DNA of 64,000 nucleotides from NCBI GenBank assembly GCA_947447975.1, contig CANFLU010000004.1, forward strand, positions 16,595-80,594, in the 5' to 3' direction. The notes under the pieces were generated by a model. That model saw nothing but the letters and a program-made list of their open reading frames with translations, was not told the DNA's origin and ran no database searches. Source of the stretch: Comamonadaceae bacterium. GTDB taxonomy: Bacteria; Pseudomonadota; Gammaproteobacteria; Burkholderiales; Burkholderiaceae_C. The first letter of the stretch is position 1; each line of letters opens with the position of its first letter. Position numbers and translations under genes: made by a program. Positions 1 through 9,716 of this stretch are shown here, piece after piece.

Positions 1-798
1 GACGGTATTGATCTCGCCGTTGTGCGCCACGTAGCGGTAGGGATGGGCCAGCGGCCACTCGGGGAAGGTGTTAGTGGAAAAACGCTGGTGCACCAGGCCC
101 AATGCAGAGACGCAACGCGCGTCCTGCAAGTCTTTGAAATAAGTACCCACCTGATCGGCCAGCAGCAAACCTTTGTAGATCACGGTGCGGCTGGACATGC
201 TTGGTACGTAGTATTCCTTGCTGTGCTTGAGGTTGAGATGCTGGATCGCTGCGCTGGCCGTTTTGCGGATGACATAGAGCTTGCGCTCGAGCGCGTCCTG
301 AACGATCACGTCGTTGCCGCGCCCGATAAACACCTGGCGAATGACCGGCTCTTTTTCGCGCACCGTGGGAGACATGGGCATGTCGGCGTTGACCGGGACA
401 TCGCGCCAGCCTAAAAGGATCTGACCTTCGGCCTTGATAGCGCGTTCCATCTCCTGCTCGCAGGCTAGCCGCGAGGCGTGCTCTTTGGGCAGGAAAATCA
501 TTCCGACGCCGTATTCACCCGCCGCAGGCAGCTGCACACCTTGGGCCGCCATTTCTGCGCGGTACAGCGCATCGGGCAATTGAATCAGTATGCCGGCGCC
601 ATCGCCCATGAGCTTGTCAGCGCCCACCGCGCCGCGGTGGTCCAGGTTTTCCAAAATTTTGAGCGCGTTGCTGACAATGCTGTGGCTTTTCTCGCCCCGG
701 ATGTGTGCCACAAAGCCCACGCCACAAGCGTCATGCTCCTGATCCCCCGCATACAAGCCAAATTGCTGTAGATGCTCTTTCTCGGCCGCCGTGGTCAT
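1..798 (-). CDS. gltB: glutamate synthase large subunit, N-terminal part (open to window edge)
   Basis: Absent from the ORF track because it runs off the window. My minus-strand translation from ATG 798..796 gives MTTAAEKEHLQQFGLYAGDQEHDACGVGFVAHIRGEKSHSIVSNALKILENLDHRGAVGADKLMGDGAGILIQLP..., the class-II glutamine amidotransferase N-terminus typical of GltB. The plus-strand ORFs 22..414 and 478..771 are antisense artefacts. Confidence 0.9.
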   Translation of the reverse strand, partial: MTTAAEKEHLQQFGLYAGDQEHDACGVGFVAHIRGEKSHSIVSNALKILENLDHRGAVGADKLMGDGAGILIQLPDALYRAEMAAQGVQLPAAGEYGVGMIFLPKEHASRLACEQEMERAIKAEGQILLGWRDVPVNADMPMSPTVREKEPVIRQVFIGRGNDVIVQDALERKLYVIRKTASAAIQHLNLKHSKEYYVPSMSSRTVIYKGLLLADQVGTYFKDLQDARCVSALGLVHQRFSTNTFPEWPLAHPYRYVAHNGEINTV

Positions 799-862
799 AA
801 CCCGCTCCTGCAAAAATTACAAAGGAGTGGGAGCATACTGCAACGCAGCATTAATTTGCGAA

Positions 863-891
863 AATTAATTAGGGTCAGATCCCAATTAATT
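863..891. repeat. REP-like imperfect palindrome (AATTAATT-a-GGG-tcagat-CCC-AATTAATT) containing the motif AATTAGGGTCAGATC
   Basis: Read directly from the sequence. It has an 8+3 bp stem with a 6-nt loop. It lies in the AT-rich spacer just 3' of the RayT gene. The core 867..881 recurs at 915..929. Confidence 0.45.
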
Positions 892-914
892 ACTTGTTAA
901 AAAAATATAAACAT

Positions 915-929
915 AATTAGGGACAGATC
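915..929. repeat. second copy of REP-like core AATTAGGGACAGATC (14/15 identical to 867..881)
   Basis: Direct repeat seen in the sequence, 20 bp from the RayT stop codon. Confidence 0.45.
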
Positions 930-948
930 ATTTTTTCGGATTTTGTAG

Positions 949-1653
949 CTATTTGGGCAATGCGGGCGGCACCAGTAGCGGTCTGCCGGGCTTGGACTTG
1001 CTGATTCTGCGAAGCGTGCGTTTTTGCAAATCTGCAACAAATTCCGCCTCACCCAGCGCCCAGCCCTGCAGCGTGGCGTCGGTCAGCGCTTGCTGTGATG
1101 CGCCATCCACCCCCGCCTGCACCCAGGACTGGTAAGCAGCCTCACGGGCGAAGGGCGTATTGCCCATTTCCCAGTAAAGAGGGTGTGGGCTGATCAAAGG
1201 GTCGGTGCGCTGCCCAGTGTAGTGGGCATAGGAGGACCAGGGATAGTCTTGCGGGCCCCCCACCATGCCCGCACGCACCGGATTAAGGTCAATATAGGCC
1301 ATGCACTGCAATAAATAGCGCTCCGTCTGCAAGACGGTAGAGCGGTAACGCCCTTCCCACAAGGTGCCAGTGCGTTGCTCCCTGCGGTTGAAATACTGCA
1401 CATAACTGCGGCCCACCGCTTGCATCATGCGCGGTAGCCCCTCAGACTGTTGAGGGGTAAGCAACACATGAAAATGATTGCTCATCAGTATATAGGAGTG
1501 AACTGCCACCTGGTTTTCTAGGGCATGGTTACGCAGCAATGCCAGCAACTGCCGGTAATCTGCAGCGCTGGAAAATATAGGCTGGCGGTTATTGCCCCGC
1601 TGGATGATGTGATGGGGATAGCCGGCGAGGCTGAGACGGGGAAGGCGAGCCAT
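949..1653 (-). mobile_element. REP-associated tyrosine transposase (RayT / TnpA-REP, IS200/IS605 Y1 HUH family)
   Basis: 234-aa ORF with the HUH motif (SNHFHVLL) and the catalytic Tyr motif (AYIDLNPVRAG). N-terminus is MARLPRLSLAGYPHHIIQRGNNRQPIF, typical of domesticated RayT proteins. It is a single gene with no IS-type terminal repeats or tnpB. Confidence 0.85.
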
Positions 1654-1688
1654 AGACGAAGCGGTAAATTTGCTCCATCATAGCCCCA

Positions 1689-1704
1689 ACCTGTCCCCTA
1701 TTTT
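1689..1704. repeat. inverted, related copy of the REP-like core (reverse complement AAAATAGGGGACAGGT)
   Basis: Lies 36 bp upstream of the RayT start. It matches TAGGG(G)ACAG(A/G)T from the two copies on the other side of the gene, in opposite orientation. Confidence 0.35.
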
Positions 1705-1725
1705 GAATCGGACCAGCGTCCCGCT

Positions 1726-2193
1726 TTAACGGGGCGCACGGGTCACGCGCACCTTGTTTCCAGAAGTCACAATGATGACGGCGTCACCGGCCAACAGGGT
1801 TTCACTACCTTTGGCCTGCACAATGGCGCGGCGATCTCCGTTGCGCAATTGGACGATGATTTCAAAGGCCTCTTCCTTGGTCGTCATGCGTTCGATGGCA
1901 TTGCCGGCCACTGCACCGGCCACACCGGCCAAAATCCCCAGGCTGGTTTTTTCACGCTGAATGCTGCTGCCACCGCTACCAACCATGGCGCCGACCACAC
2001 CACCTGCTGCGGCACCCATACCGGTCTGGCTACCGTCCACAGTAACTGGGCGGATGGTGATGATCACCCCGTCCTGCACCTGCGCAGCCACTTGTGCATC
2101 CTGACGGCTGATGACGTCCGGGCTGCTGGTGGCGCAAGCTCCCAGCGCGCCAACACAGACCAGGACGCACATGCGTTGAAACGTTTTTTTCAT
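1726..2193 (-). CDS. outer-membrane lipoprotein, glycine-zipper (SlyB/Pcp-like)
   Basis: Lipobox in the signal peptide (VGALGAC). Gly/Ala zipper present (GMGAAAGGVVGAMVGSGG ... GILAGVAGAVAGNAI). Confidence 0.8.
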   Translation of the reverse strand: MKKTFQRMCVLVCVGALGACATSSPDVISRQDAQVAAQVQDGVIITIRPVTVDGSQTGMGAAAGGVVGAMVGSGGSSIQREKTSLGILAGVAGAVAGNAIERMTTKEEAFEIIVQLRNGDRRAIVQAKGSETLLAGDAVIIVTSGNKVRVTRAPR

Positions 2194-2310
2194 ACAAATA
2201 CCTTGAGTGATACTAAATTTTGATGCTCAAACCAGACCGCTTGCACGCCCGTGCCGCTCGCCGCTGAGTCGCCCTGCTGTTCTAACGCGCCAGCCCCGGC
2301 TTGCGTTGTC

Positions 2311-3267
2311 CTACGAATTGTCTGCCCGCCATGTAAACCGCTTGTCAATGAGGGCCTTGAGACCAAATTGCTCGCCGATTTCCTGGATACGCAGCTCGGC
2401 CGAGCGCTTTTTATGGCCGGTGTAGCGGGCCAGAATGAGTTCATTCTTCATACTGTGTTCCCAGCCCACCAGTTCGGTGACCGTGACCTGGTAGCCATTG
2501 GCCTCCAAATAGAGGCAGCGCAGCACATTGGTAATCTGGCTGCCCATTTCACGCGTATGCAAGGGGTGGCGCCACAACTCTGCCAGGGGCGTGCGCGCCA
2601 ACATCAGCGCTTTGTTGCTGCCCAAGTGCCGTGCCGCTTCCGCCTGGCAGCAAGGCACCAGCGCAAAGGCGCGCGCCTGTTTGGTCAAGCCAAACGCAAT
2701 CGCATCGTCGGTCGCGCTATCGCAGGCGTGCAAAGCAGTGACCAAATCAATGTGCGATGGCAACAAGGCCGATTGCGCTGACGCGGCCACGGTCAAATCC
2801 AAAAACTGCATGCGCGCAAACCCGAGATGGGCAGCCAAAGCTCGCGACTTTTCGACCAATTCGCTGCGGCTTTCGATGCCATAGACATGGCCACTGTCCA
2901 GACCCTTGAAAAACAAGTCATAAAGAATAAAGCCCAAATAGGACTTGCCCGCGCCGTGGTCTGCTACCGATAGGTCCGACCCAGTGCGCGCGCCTGCTTC
3001 AGTCGCTTGTTGTGCCAGTTCACTCAACAATCCTTCTATGAATTGGTACAGGTGATAGACCTGCTTGAGCTTGCGCCGCGAATCTTGGTTGAGTTGGCCA
3101 TCGCGGGTAAGTATGTGCAATTGCTGCAACAGGGCGATGGACTGGCCGGGGCGCAGTAGTTCGGCGAGTTGCTGCTCGCGCGCAGCCTCGCGCCGGCCAG
3201 ACCCTAGGGCTTGCGCCACTTTGCGCGTGCGCACTGTTTTACCCTCAACACTGGTATTTGGCTTCAT
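2311..3267 (-). CDS. SAM-dependent methyltransferase (class I fold, unknown substrate)
   Basis: 318-aa ORF with a glycine-rich SAM-binding-like motif (VADHGAGKSYLGFILYD). Its ATG overlaps the stop of the upstream gene as ATGA (3264-3267). Confidence 0.7.
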   Translation of the reverse strand: MKPNTSVEGKTVRTRKVAQALGSGRREAAREQQLAELLRPGQSIALLQQLHILTRDGQLNQDSRRKLKQVYHLYQFIEGLLSELAQQATEAGARTGSDLSVADHGAGKSYLGFILYDLFFKGLDSGHVYGIESRSELVEKSRALAAHLGFARMQFLDLTVAASAQSALLPSHIDLVTALHACDSATDDAIAFGLTKQARAFALVPCCQAEAARHLGSNKALMLARTPLAELWRHPLHTREMGSQITNVLRCLYLEANGYQVTVTELVGWEHSMKNELILARYTGHKKRSAELRIQEIGEQFGLKALIDKRFTWRADNS

Positions 3268-3848
3268 GGCCTGCGATCCACTGGCTTTGCAGGCGCGGCC
3301 ACGTCCAATGCATGCCAGCCCTTGGGCCCCAGTTCGCGCAGGCGCGCGATGTTGCGCTCGTAAATCATCGCCGCATCGGGATAGGCCGCCACCGCGCGGT
3401 CCATGCTCTCCTCTCGCAGAAGGTGCAAGATTGGATAAGGCGCGCGGTTGGTGTAGTGCGACATATCGCCACCCTGTGCATCGGCAAATTCGTACAGCGG
3501 GTGAAAACTGGCAATTTGTAATACGTCATCTAGACCCAGCGATCGCAGCAATTTTTCGGCTCTGTGCACCAGGCCGTGGAAGTCCCAAAAATCAGGGAAA
3601 GCATGGGGCGCAATCAACAAAGTGGTATCACGCTGCGCCGAATCGTGGGCTAACAAGTCGCGCATGGCTGCAGCCAGATCATCGAGCACATCGGCCGGAT
3701 CCTGCGACCAAGTCAGCACATAGTGAATTTGCCCCTTGGCATGTACCGCTTTGGCAAAAGGGCACAGGTTCAGCCCGATGACCGCGCGCTCCAGCCAGCG
3801 TTCAGTGGTCTGAAGCACATCGCGCGCGCGCGCTGCGTGCGTTTTCAT
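3264..3848 (-). CDS. DUF1415-family protein
   Basis: 194-aa ORF. The N-terminal WLERAVIGLNLCPFA motif and overall pattern are as I recall for DUF1415. ATGA overlap with the dgt stop (3845-3848). Confidence 0.65.
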   Translation of the reverse strand: MKTHAARARDVLQTTERWLERAVIGLNLCPFAKAVHAKGQIHYVLTWSQDPADVLDDLAAAMRDLLAHDSAQRDTTLLIAPHAFPDFWDFHGLVHRAEKLLRSLGLDDVLQIASFHPLYEFADAQGGDMSHYTNRAPYPILHLLREESMDRAVAAYPDAAMIYERNIARLRELGPKGWHALDVAAPAKPVDRRP

Positions 3849-5005
3849 GCCAATAGCACGCGGCCGGTCAGGCGCTGGTGCTCACGTGATGCAAAGCGGT
3901 CTGTCATACCCGCAATATAGTCCGCCACACGCCGGTAAATCTGCGCATGCGGCGCAATGGCATCGGCGCCTATTTGCATGGATGCGGGGTCGTTCACATA
4001 CACCTCGAATAAATCACTGACCACCTGGCGCGCCCTGTCCATGGTCTCTTGCACCCGTGGATGGCGGTACAGGGAGGCGAACAAGAAGGCTTTGAGCTGC
4101 GCGGTATCTTGCTGCATCGCAGGACTAAATTGCACCAACGGCGAGCAGTTGCGCACGGCTTGCACATCCATAGGCGCGGCCTGTGCGATGGCATGCTGGG
4201 TGCTTTCCATCAGGTCGTAAATCTGGCTACTGAGCATCAGGCGCACCGTCTCATACAGCCAGCGACGAGGCTTGTGTAGAAGATCTGGGTGGGCTCGAAC
4301 CGCCTGCTCGCTAAAGCGGGCAAACAAGGGCACTTGCTGTACCTGCGCAAGCTCTATCAAGCCCGAGCGTACGCCGTCGTCAATGTCGTGCGCGTTATAC
4401 GCAATCTCATCGGCGAGGTTGCACAACTGTGCCTCCAGACCAGGCTGTCTGCGTTGCAGAAAACGTGCTCCTACACCGCCCAGTCCATCTGCATAGGCTG
4501 GCTCTTGCATTTCGATCAACCCAGCGTTGTGGCGGGAGCAATGCTTCAAAATGCCTTCGCGGGTTTCGAAGCAAAGGTTCAGGCCATCGAATTCGGGATA
4601 GCGTTCTTCCAAATGGTCTACCACGCGCAAGCTTTGCAGATTATGTTCAAACCCGCCGTGCCCGGCCATGCAGGCATCGAGCGCATCCTGCCCGGCATGG
4701 CCAAAGGGGGTATGGCCTAGGTCGTGGGCTAGCGCGATAGCCTCCACCAAATCCTCATCCAGACCCAGGGTGCGGGCCATGGAACGGCCTAGCTGCGCTA
4801 CTTCAAGCGAATGCGTCAGCCGGGTGCGGAACAAATCGCCTTCGTGGTTCAGAAATACCTGGGTTTTATACACCAGGCGTCGAAAAGCCGTGGAATGCAC
4901 GATCCGGTCGCGGTCGCGCTGAAATTCCGTGCGGGTGGGTGCAGGGCTTTGCGGGTGGCGCCGCCCGCGGCTGTGCGCCGGGTCGCAGGCATAGGGCGCG
5001 CGCAT
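3845..5005 (-). CDS. dgt: dGTP triphosphohydrolase-like HD-domain protein
   Basis: 386 aa. HD-domain motifs are THSLEVAQLGR and AHDLGHTPFGHAG. The C-terminal DYIAGMTDRFA is typical of the dGTPase family. Confidence 0.9.
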   Translation of the reverse strand: MRAPYACDPAHSRGRRHPQSPAPTRTEFQRDRDRIVHSTAFRRLVYKTQVFLNHEGDLFRTRLTHSLEVAQLGRSMARTLGLDEDLVEAIALAHDLGHTPFGHAGQDALDACMAGHGGFEHNLQSLRVVDHLEERYPEFDGLNLCFETREGILKHCSRHNAGLIEMQEPAYADGLGGVGARFLQRRQPGLEAQLCNLADEIAYNAHDIDDGVRSGLIELAQVQQVPLFARFSEQAVRAHPDLLHKPRRWLYETVRLMLSSQIYDLMESTQHAIAQAAPMDVQAVRNCSPLVQFSPAMQQDTAQLKAFLFASLYRHPRVQETMDRARQVVSDLFEVYVNDPASMQIGADAIAPHAQIYRRVADYIAGMTDRFASREHQRLTGRVLLA

Positions 5006-6114
5006 CAGGCAGCGCAGCAGCGGTCGATCACCGCGCGCACCAATGCGTCGTCAGCCCCGCGCATGCAGGCGTGGCCCGGCCCATCGATCAATACAAACCG
5101 GATGGCGCCGGCTTCGGCTTTTTTATCCACACCCATCAGGGCCAAGTACCGACCGGCGTTGTCGGTGGCGTCCAGCACCGGGCCACGCACCGGCAAGCCG
5201 GCCGCGGCGATCAAGCGCGTCAAGCGCTGTACAAACGCCTCGTCCACCAAGCCAAGCGCCTGCGAAAGATGCACTGCCATCACCATGCCACAGCCCACCG
5301 CTTCGCCATGCAGCCAGTCGCCATAGCCCAGTCCCGCCTCGATGGCGTGTCCGAAGGTGTGGCCGAAATTGAGGATGGCGCGCAAACCGCCTTCTCGCTC
5401 GTCCTGAGACACCACTTGTGCCTTGATCTCGCAACTGCGCCGCACTGCGTGGGCCAAGACCTGGACATCGCACGCCACCAGCTCGGCTATGTGGCTTTCA
5501 ATCCAATCAAAAAATGCCATGTCAGCGATAGGGCCGTATTTGATGACCTCGGCCAACCCGGCACTAACCTCGCGCGCGGGCAGGGTTTTAAGGGTGTCCA
5601 AATCACAAATCACCCGCTGCGGTTGGTAAAACGCGCCCACCATGTTTTTGCCCAAAGGGTGGTTGATGCCGGTCTTGCCGCCCACCGAGGAGTCCACCTG
5701 TGCAAGTAGGGTCGTGGGAACCTGTACAAAAGGCACGCCACGCATATAGCTGGCAGCGGCAAAACCAGTCATGTCCCCTACTACGCCGCCACCCAGGGCA
5801 AACAAAACGGTTTTACGGTCACAACTATTTTGCAACAGCGCGTCGAAAATAAGGTTGAGCGTTTGCCAGTCTTTATACGCCTCACCATCTGGCAGAACCA
5901 CTGAATGCACCTGCGCGTAATGTTGCTGCAAGGCCACTCGCAAGGCTTGGGCGTAGAGCGGAGCTACCGTGCTGTTGCTAACGATCAGCGCTGCGGACGC
6001 TGACGGCAGATCGACAAAACTTGCGGCATCGGCAAGCAAGCCGCAGCCAATCTGAATGGGATAGCTGCGTTCACCCAGCGCGATGGTGAGGGAGTGCAAA
6101 AGCGGGGAGGTCAT
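5005..6114 (-). CDS. aroB: 3-dehydroquinate synthase
   Basis: 369 aa with [46 protein letters not shown] and the metal site HTFGHAIE...HGEAV. Follows aroK. Confidence 0.95.
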   Translation of the reverse strand: MTSPLLHSLTIALGERSYPIQIGCGLLADAASFVDLPSASAALIVSNSTVAPLYAQALRVALQQHYAQVHSVVLPDGEAYKDWQTLNLIFDALLQNSCDRKTVLFALGGGVVGDMTGFAAASYMRGVPFVQVPTTLLAQVDSSVGGKTGINHPLGKNMVGAFYQPQRVICDLDTLKTLPAREVSAGLAEVIKYGPIADMAFFDWIESHIAELVACDVQVLAHAVRRSCEIKAQVVSQDEREGGLRAILNFGHTFGHAIEAGLGYGDWLHGEAVGCGMVMAVHLSQALGLVDEAFVQRLTRLIAAAGLPVRGPVLDATDNAGRYLALMGVDKKAEAGAIRFVLIDGPGHACMRGADDALVRAVIDRCCAA

Positions 6115-6120
6115 AGCCCG

Positions 6121-6642
6121 CTAGTTTAGGCGCTTGGGCGGTGTGATCTGCAGCTGGTTCAGAATGGAATGCACCAAACTGGACACCGATGGGCGCCCGG
6201 TCTCTACTGTGTAGTGCGCTGTCTCGCGGTACAGCGGGTCGCGCTGCGCAAACAAATCGCGTAAACGGGCTGTCGGGTCAGCCACTTGCAGCATGGGGCG
6301 CTTTTGGTCATGGCGCAAGCGACGCATGAGGTCTTCGGGTTGCGATTGCAGATACACCACGGTACCGGCAGCACGCAAAGCCTCCCGATTGGCAAGGCGC
6401 AGCACCGCCCCGCCCCCCGTTGCCAGCACGCCTGGTGCCTGGGCACACAGCTGCGCAATCACCTCTTGCTCAATGTCTCGAAAGCGCGTTTCCCCCTCGC
6501 GCTCAAAAAACTCCCGGATAGAACAGCCCAAACGCAATTCGATGGCCTGGTCAGAATCCGAAAAAGACAGTTGTAAACGCCGGGCCAAGTGCCGGCCAAC
6601 GGTGGATTTTCCAGACCCCGGAAGGCCAATAAGGATGATCAA
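6121..6642 (-). CDS. aroK: shikimate kinase
   Basis: 173 aa with a P-loop GLPGSGKSTVG and ATGGGAVL. Apparent TTG start with no clear SD, so the exact start is uncertain. Confidence 0.9.
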   Translation of the reverse strand: MIILIGLPGSGKSTVGRHLARRLQLSFSDSDQAIELRLGCSIREFFEREGETRFRDIEQEVIAQLCAQAPGVLATGGGAVLRLANREALRAAGTVVYLQSQPEDLMRRLRHDQKRPMLQVADPTARLRDLFAQRDPLYRETAHYTVETGRPSVSSLVHSILNQLQITPPKRLN

Positions 6643-6996
6643 AATAGAGAGGACGACGTAAATGGTGGAATGAAATAACAGTGGCCAGCGCTTCTTAAAG
6701 CGGGTTCAGACAATTTTACGATTGCCACTACCCTACCCCAATCGCCTAGGATTTGGGAACCTTAGCTTGCCCATGGCAGTCAAAGGCATCTTGCATTGGC
6801 GGAAATGCACCCCGAATGACGCCTGTGAGGACCGATGTCCTTGGTTCGAAGGGGATCTAGCGCTGCCTTTACCCGGGTGCTGGCACGCAATGCCGTGACC
6901 CAGTCCGCCAGAGATGTACCCAAATATAGGTTTTACGCGACCTGGGTGCGCCAAGGCGGTATCGCCTAGACCAAAGGCATACCCGGTGTTGGGGCT

Positions 6997-9183
6997 TCAC
7001 CGCGAACCCGCCAATTCACTAATCAATTTGGGCGTAATGAACACCAGTGTTTCGCTCTTCTTTGTCCGCTTAGCCTTGTTTTGAAACAGCATTCCCAGGC
7101 CGGGCAAATCCCCAAAAAACGGCACCTTGGTGTCGGCGTCCTGCTGCTCTTCGGTGTAAATACCGCCGATAACGACCGTGCCACCGTTTTCTACCAGGAC
7201 CTGTGTTTTTATATGTTTGGTATCAATCAATGGCCCCCAGGCGGTGAGGGTGCCCACACTGTCCTTAGCGACGTCCAGGTCCAGGCTGATATTGCCATCC
7301 GGGGTAATCTGCGGTACGACGTCCAACTTGAGTACCGCTTTTCGAAAACTGACGGCCGTGGCGCCGCTGCTGGTGGCCATCTGGTAGGGAATCTCGGTGC
7401 CTTGCTCAATGATGGCTTTGGTTTTGTCATAAGCGATCACGCGCGGGCTTGAAACAACCTTGCCGCGACCATCGGATTCGAGGGCAGACAGTTCGAGCGC
7501 GAGCACGCGGTTAGATGCCGCGCTAAACAAAGTCACCGCCAAGGTTGCCGCGCCAAAACCACCTATGCCGCCGGCGGGTAGATTTACAAAGTTGCTACTA
7601 GCGTCCAAGGTCGTAAGCGCACCCGATGAGCTAAGGGCATTGGAATAGCTGGTACCAAAAGCCAACCGGTTTTCACCCACGATAGGCGTGCCGCCAAGGC
7701 CGCCCCGTGACGCACTTAAGTCCATCGCACCCAATTTGACACCCAATGTTTTAGCAAAATCACTGCCCGCTTCCACAATCCGCGCTTCGATCAGCACCTG
7801 CCGCACAGGAACGTCCACTTTAGCAATCAATTGGGCCACTTGGTCGAGTTTGGCAGCGACGTCAGTCACAAAGAGCTGATTGGTGCGTGGCTCGGCAATA
7901 ACACTGCCGCGCACGCTTAACAGCCGCCCGGACGCGGCTTGGGTGGCCAGGGCGCCAGTCATCAAATGCGGCGCGAGCTCGGTAGCCTTGGCGTAGTTCA
8001 GTTGAAACGATTGGGTGCGCAAGGGTTCGATTTTTTCATGGGAAATTTGTGACTCGAAATCCAGCTTCTCTTTGGCAGCTATCTCCTCTTTGGGTGCGAT
8101 CCACAGGACGTTGCCGCTTTTGCGCATACCCAGGCCCTTACTGCGCATGATTATGTCCAGGATCTGATCCCATGGCACGTTATGAACCCGCAAGGTCACT
8201 GTGCCGCTCACCGAATCGGAGGCCACCACATTGAAGTTAGTGAAATCTGCCAATACTTGCAGCACCTGACGCACGTCAATGCTCTGGAAATTCAGCGATA
8301 ACTTCTCGCCGGTAAAAATGTCTTTTTGGGCGGTCGATTTGGAATCGGGGCTGGACGGGCGTACTTCCAGGACCAATTCGGTGTCGGACTGGTACGCGAT
8401 ATGTTCCCATGCCCCTTGGGGTGCGATATGCATTTGCACATTTCCTCCGCGCTGGTTGGTAGTGATGGTTTGGATTGGCGTTCCAAAGTCCGTCACATCG
8501 AGCCTGCTGCGCAGACGTTCTGGCAGGCTGACGTTGTTGAAGTCCACGACCAATTGGCTGCCAAGCTGGCGGACATCGACGCTGGCCTGTTTACCCGGCA
8601 ATGTAACGAGCACACGCCCCGCTCCGTCGCTGCCACGGCGAAACTGGATATCGCCAATGGGTGAAAGGCCCAAAGATGGCGGGACGCTAGCGACCTCAAT
8701 GGACCCGGACTCAGCAACCATATTGCTTGGCGTAAAGCTGGGCGCTTTGGCACCCACAACGGGCGTGTGCGCCGGTACCGGTCCGCCAAGCGGGTCCAAG
8801 GCTACGATCAGGGTTTTTCCAGCGATTTCCAGACGGTAGTTGGCGGATTGACGCAGCTTGATCACGACACGACTTCGTTGATCTGCACCAACTACGCTAG
8901 CCGAGTCCACCAACGATTGCGCAATCGTAATGGGGTCTCTACCCAATGCGCTTCCAATATTTGGAAAATCTAAGGCAATACGCGCAGGGTTGTATGTAGC
9001 AAATGCCTTGGGCAAAGATGTCAATTCTTGTGCAAAGTCGATACGAACTAGTTCGGCGTTAGGGGTGCGCTGACCGGTGATAGCCACAATCGTGTTTTCA
9101 GCCTGCGTTGCATTCACCCCAAGCAAGTGGCTTGTCAGAACGGTGGCACATGCAGCCCTTGCCAAGGCACGGCCAATAGTCAT
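6997..9183 (-). CDS. pilQ: type IV pilus secretin PilQ
   Basis: Secretin C-terminal domain (…VENGGTVVIGGIY…VPFFGDLPGLGMLF…) with AMIN-like N-terminal repeats. I moved the start to ATG 9183 (MTIGRALARAACATVL signal peptide), which overlaps the pilP stop as ATGA. The ORF track starts at 9228. Confidence 0.93.
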   Translation of the reverse strand: MTIGRALARAACATVLTSHLLGVNATQAENTIVAITGQRTPNAELVRIDFAQELTSLPKAFATYNPARIALDFPNIGSALGRDPITIAQSLVDSASVVGADQRSRVVIKLRQSANYRLEIAGKTLIVALDPLGGPVPAHTPVVGAKAPSFTPSNMVAESGSIEVASVPPSLGLSPIGDIQFRRGSDGAGRVLVTLPGKQASVDVRQLGSQLVVDFNNVSLPERLRSRLDVTDFGTPIQTITTNQRGGNVQMHIAPQGAWEHIAYQSDTELVLEVRPSSPDSKSTAQKDIFTGEKLSLNFQSIDVRQVLQVLADFTNFNVVASDSVSGTVTLRVHNVPWDQILDIIMRSKGLGMRKSGNVLWIAPKEEIAAKEKLDFESQISHEKIEPLRTQSFQLNYAKATELAPHLMTGALATQAASGRLLSVRGSVIAEPRTNQLFVTDVAAKLDQVAQLIAKVDVPVRQVLIEARIVEAGSDFAKTLGVKLGAMDLSASRGGLGGTPIVGENRLAFGTSYSNALSSSGALTTLDASSNFVNLPAGGIGGFGAATLAVTLFSAASNRVLALELSALESDGRGKVVSSPRVIAYDKTKAIIEQGTEIPYQMATSSGATAVSFRKAVLKLDVVPQITPDGNISLDLDVAKDSVGTLTAWGPLIDTKHIKTQVLVENGGTVVIGGIYTEEQQDADTKVPFFGDLPGLGMLFQNKAKRTKKSETLVFITPKLISELAGSR

Positions 9184-9716
9184 TTCCCGCTCCCTTGCAA
9201 CCGAAGGTATAGGTCTCGCGTAAACCATTTTCCACCGGCGTCTCGCACGGGTTCGCGCAACGCAATGCCTGATTCATCTACACGCACAACCTTTGCGAAA
9301 TTGGTGCCGATGTACTGGCCTGCGCTTACCGGATGTACGACGCCGTTGGCGAGTATCAGGCCAATGCCATGACCGTTCTTCTCTAACATACCGACAAAAT
9401 GCATTGCCTCTAAAGCGATGTTTTCCAATGGATCGCGTACGCCGGATGGTGGAGCCATGCGCCAACCTGGGATGGCCCCCTGTGCTTGCGCATTGACCCG
9501 CTCCATCAAGGACTGGCTTGCAAACGGATCTTTGCGCGCGCCTTGCTCATAAGGTAAATGCTGAAATGATTGGGGCTCCGGAACCGCCTCTGCCGTTTGC
9601 GCGATGCCATTTCGCTGATGCTGCATCCATTCACGCAAAGCGTCTTGCTGAGAAGGTTGGCAGGCATTTAGCAAAACGCTGGCCAGGCTTATGACTGCGC
9701 TGTAAATGCGCATCAT
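9180..9716 (-). CDS. pilP: type IV pilus assembly lipoprotein PilP
   Basis: 178 aa with a lipobox (VLLNAC). Sits between pilO and pilQ. ATGA overlap with the pilO stop. Confidence 0.85.
   Translation of the reverse strand: MMRIYSAVISLASVLLNACQPSQQDALREWMQHQRNGIAQTAEAVPEPQSFQHLPYEQGARKDPFASQSLMERVNAQAQGAIPGWRMAPPSGVRDPLENIALEAMHFVGMLEKNGHGIGLILANGVVHPVSAGQYIGTNFAKVVRVDESGIALREPVRDAGGKWFTRDLYLRLQGSGK

Noticed and set aside
6733-6954. 73-aa ORF in the pilQ-aroK spacer as a real gene.
   Set aside because: It has no SD, no recognisable domain and atypical composition. The region is treated as non-coding.
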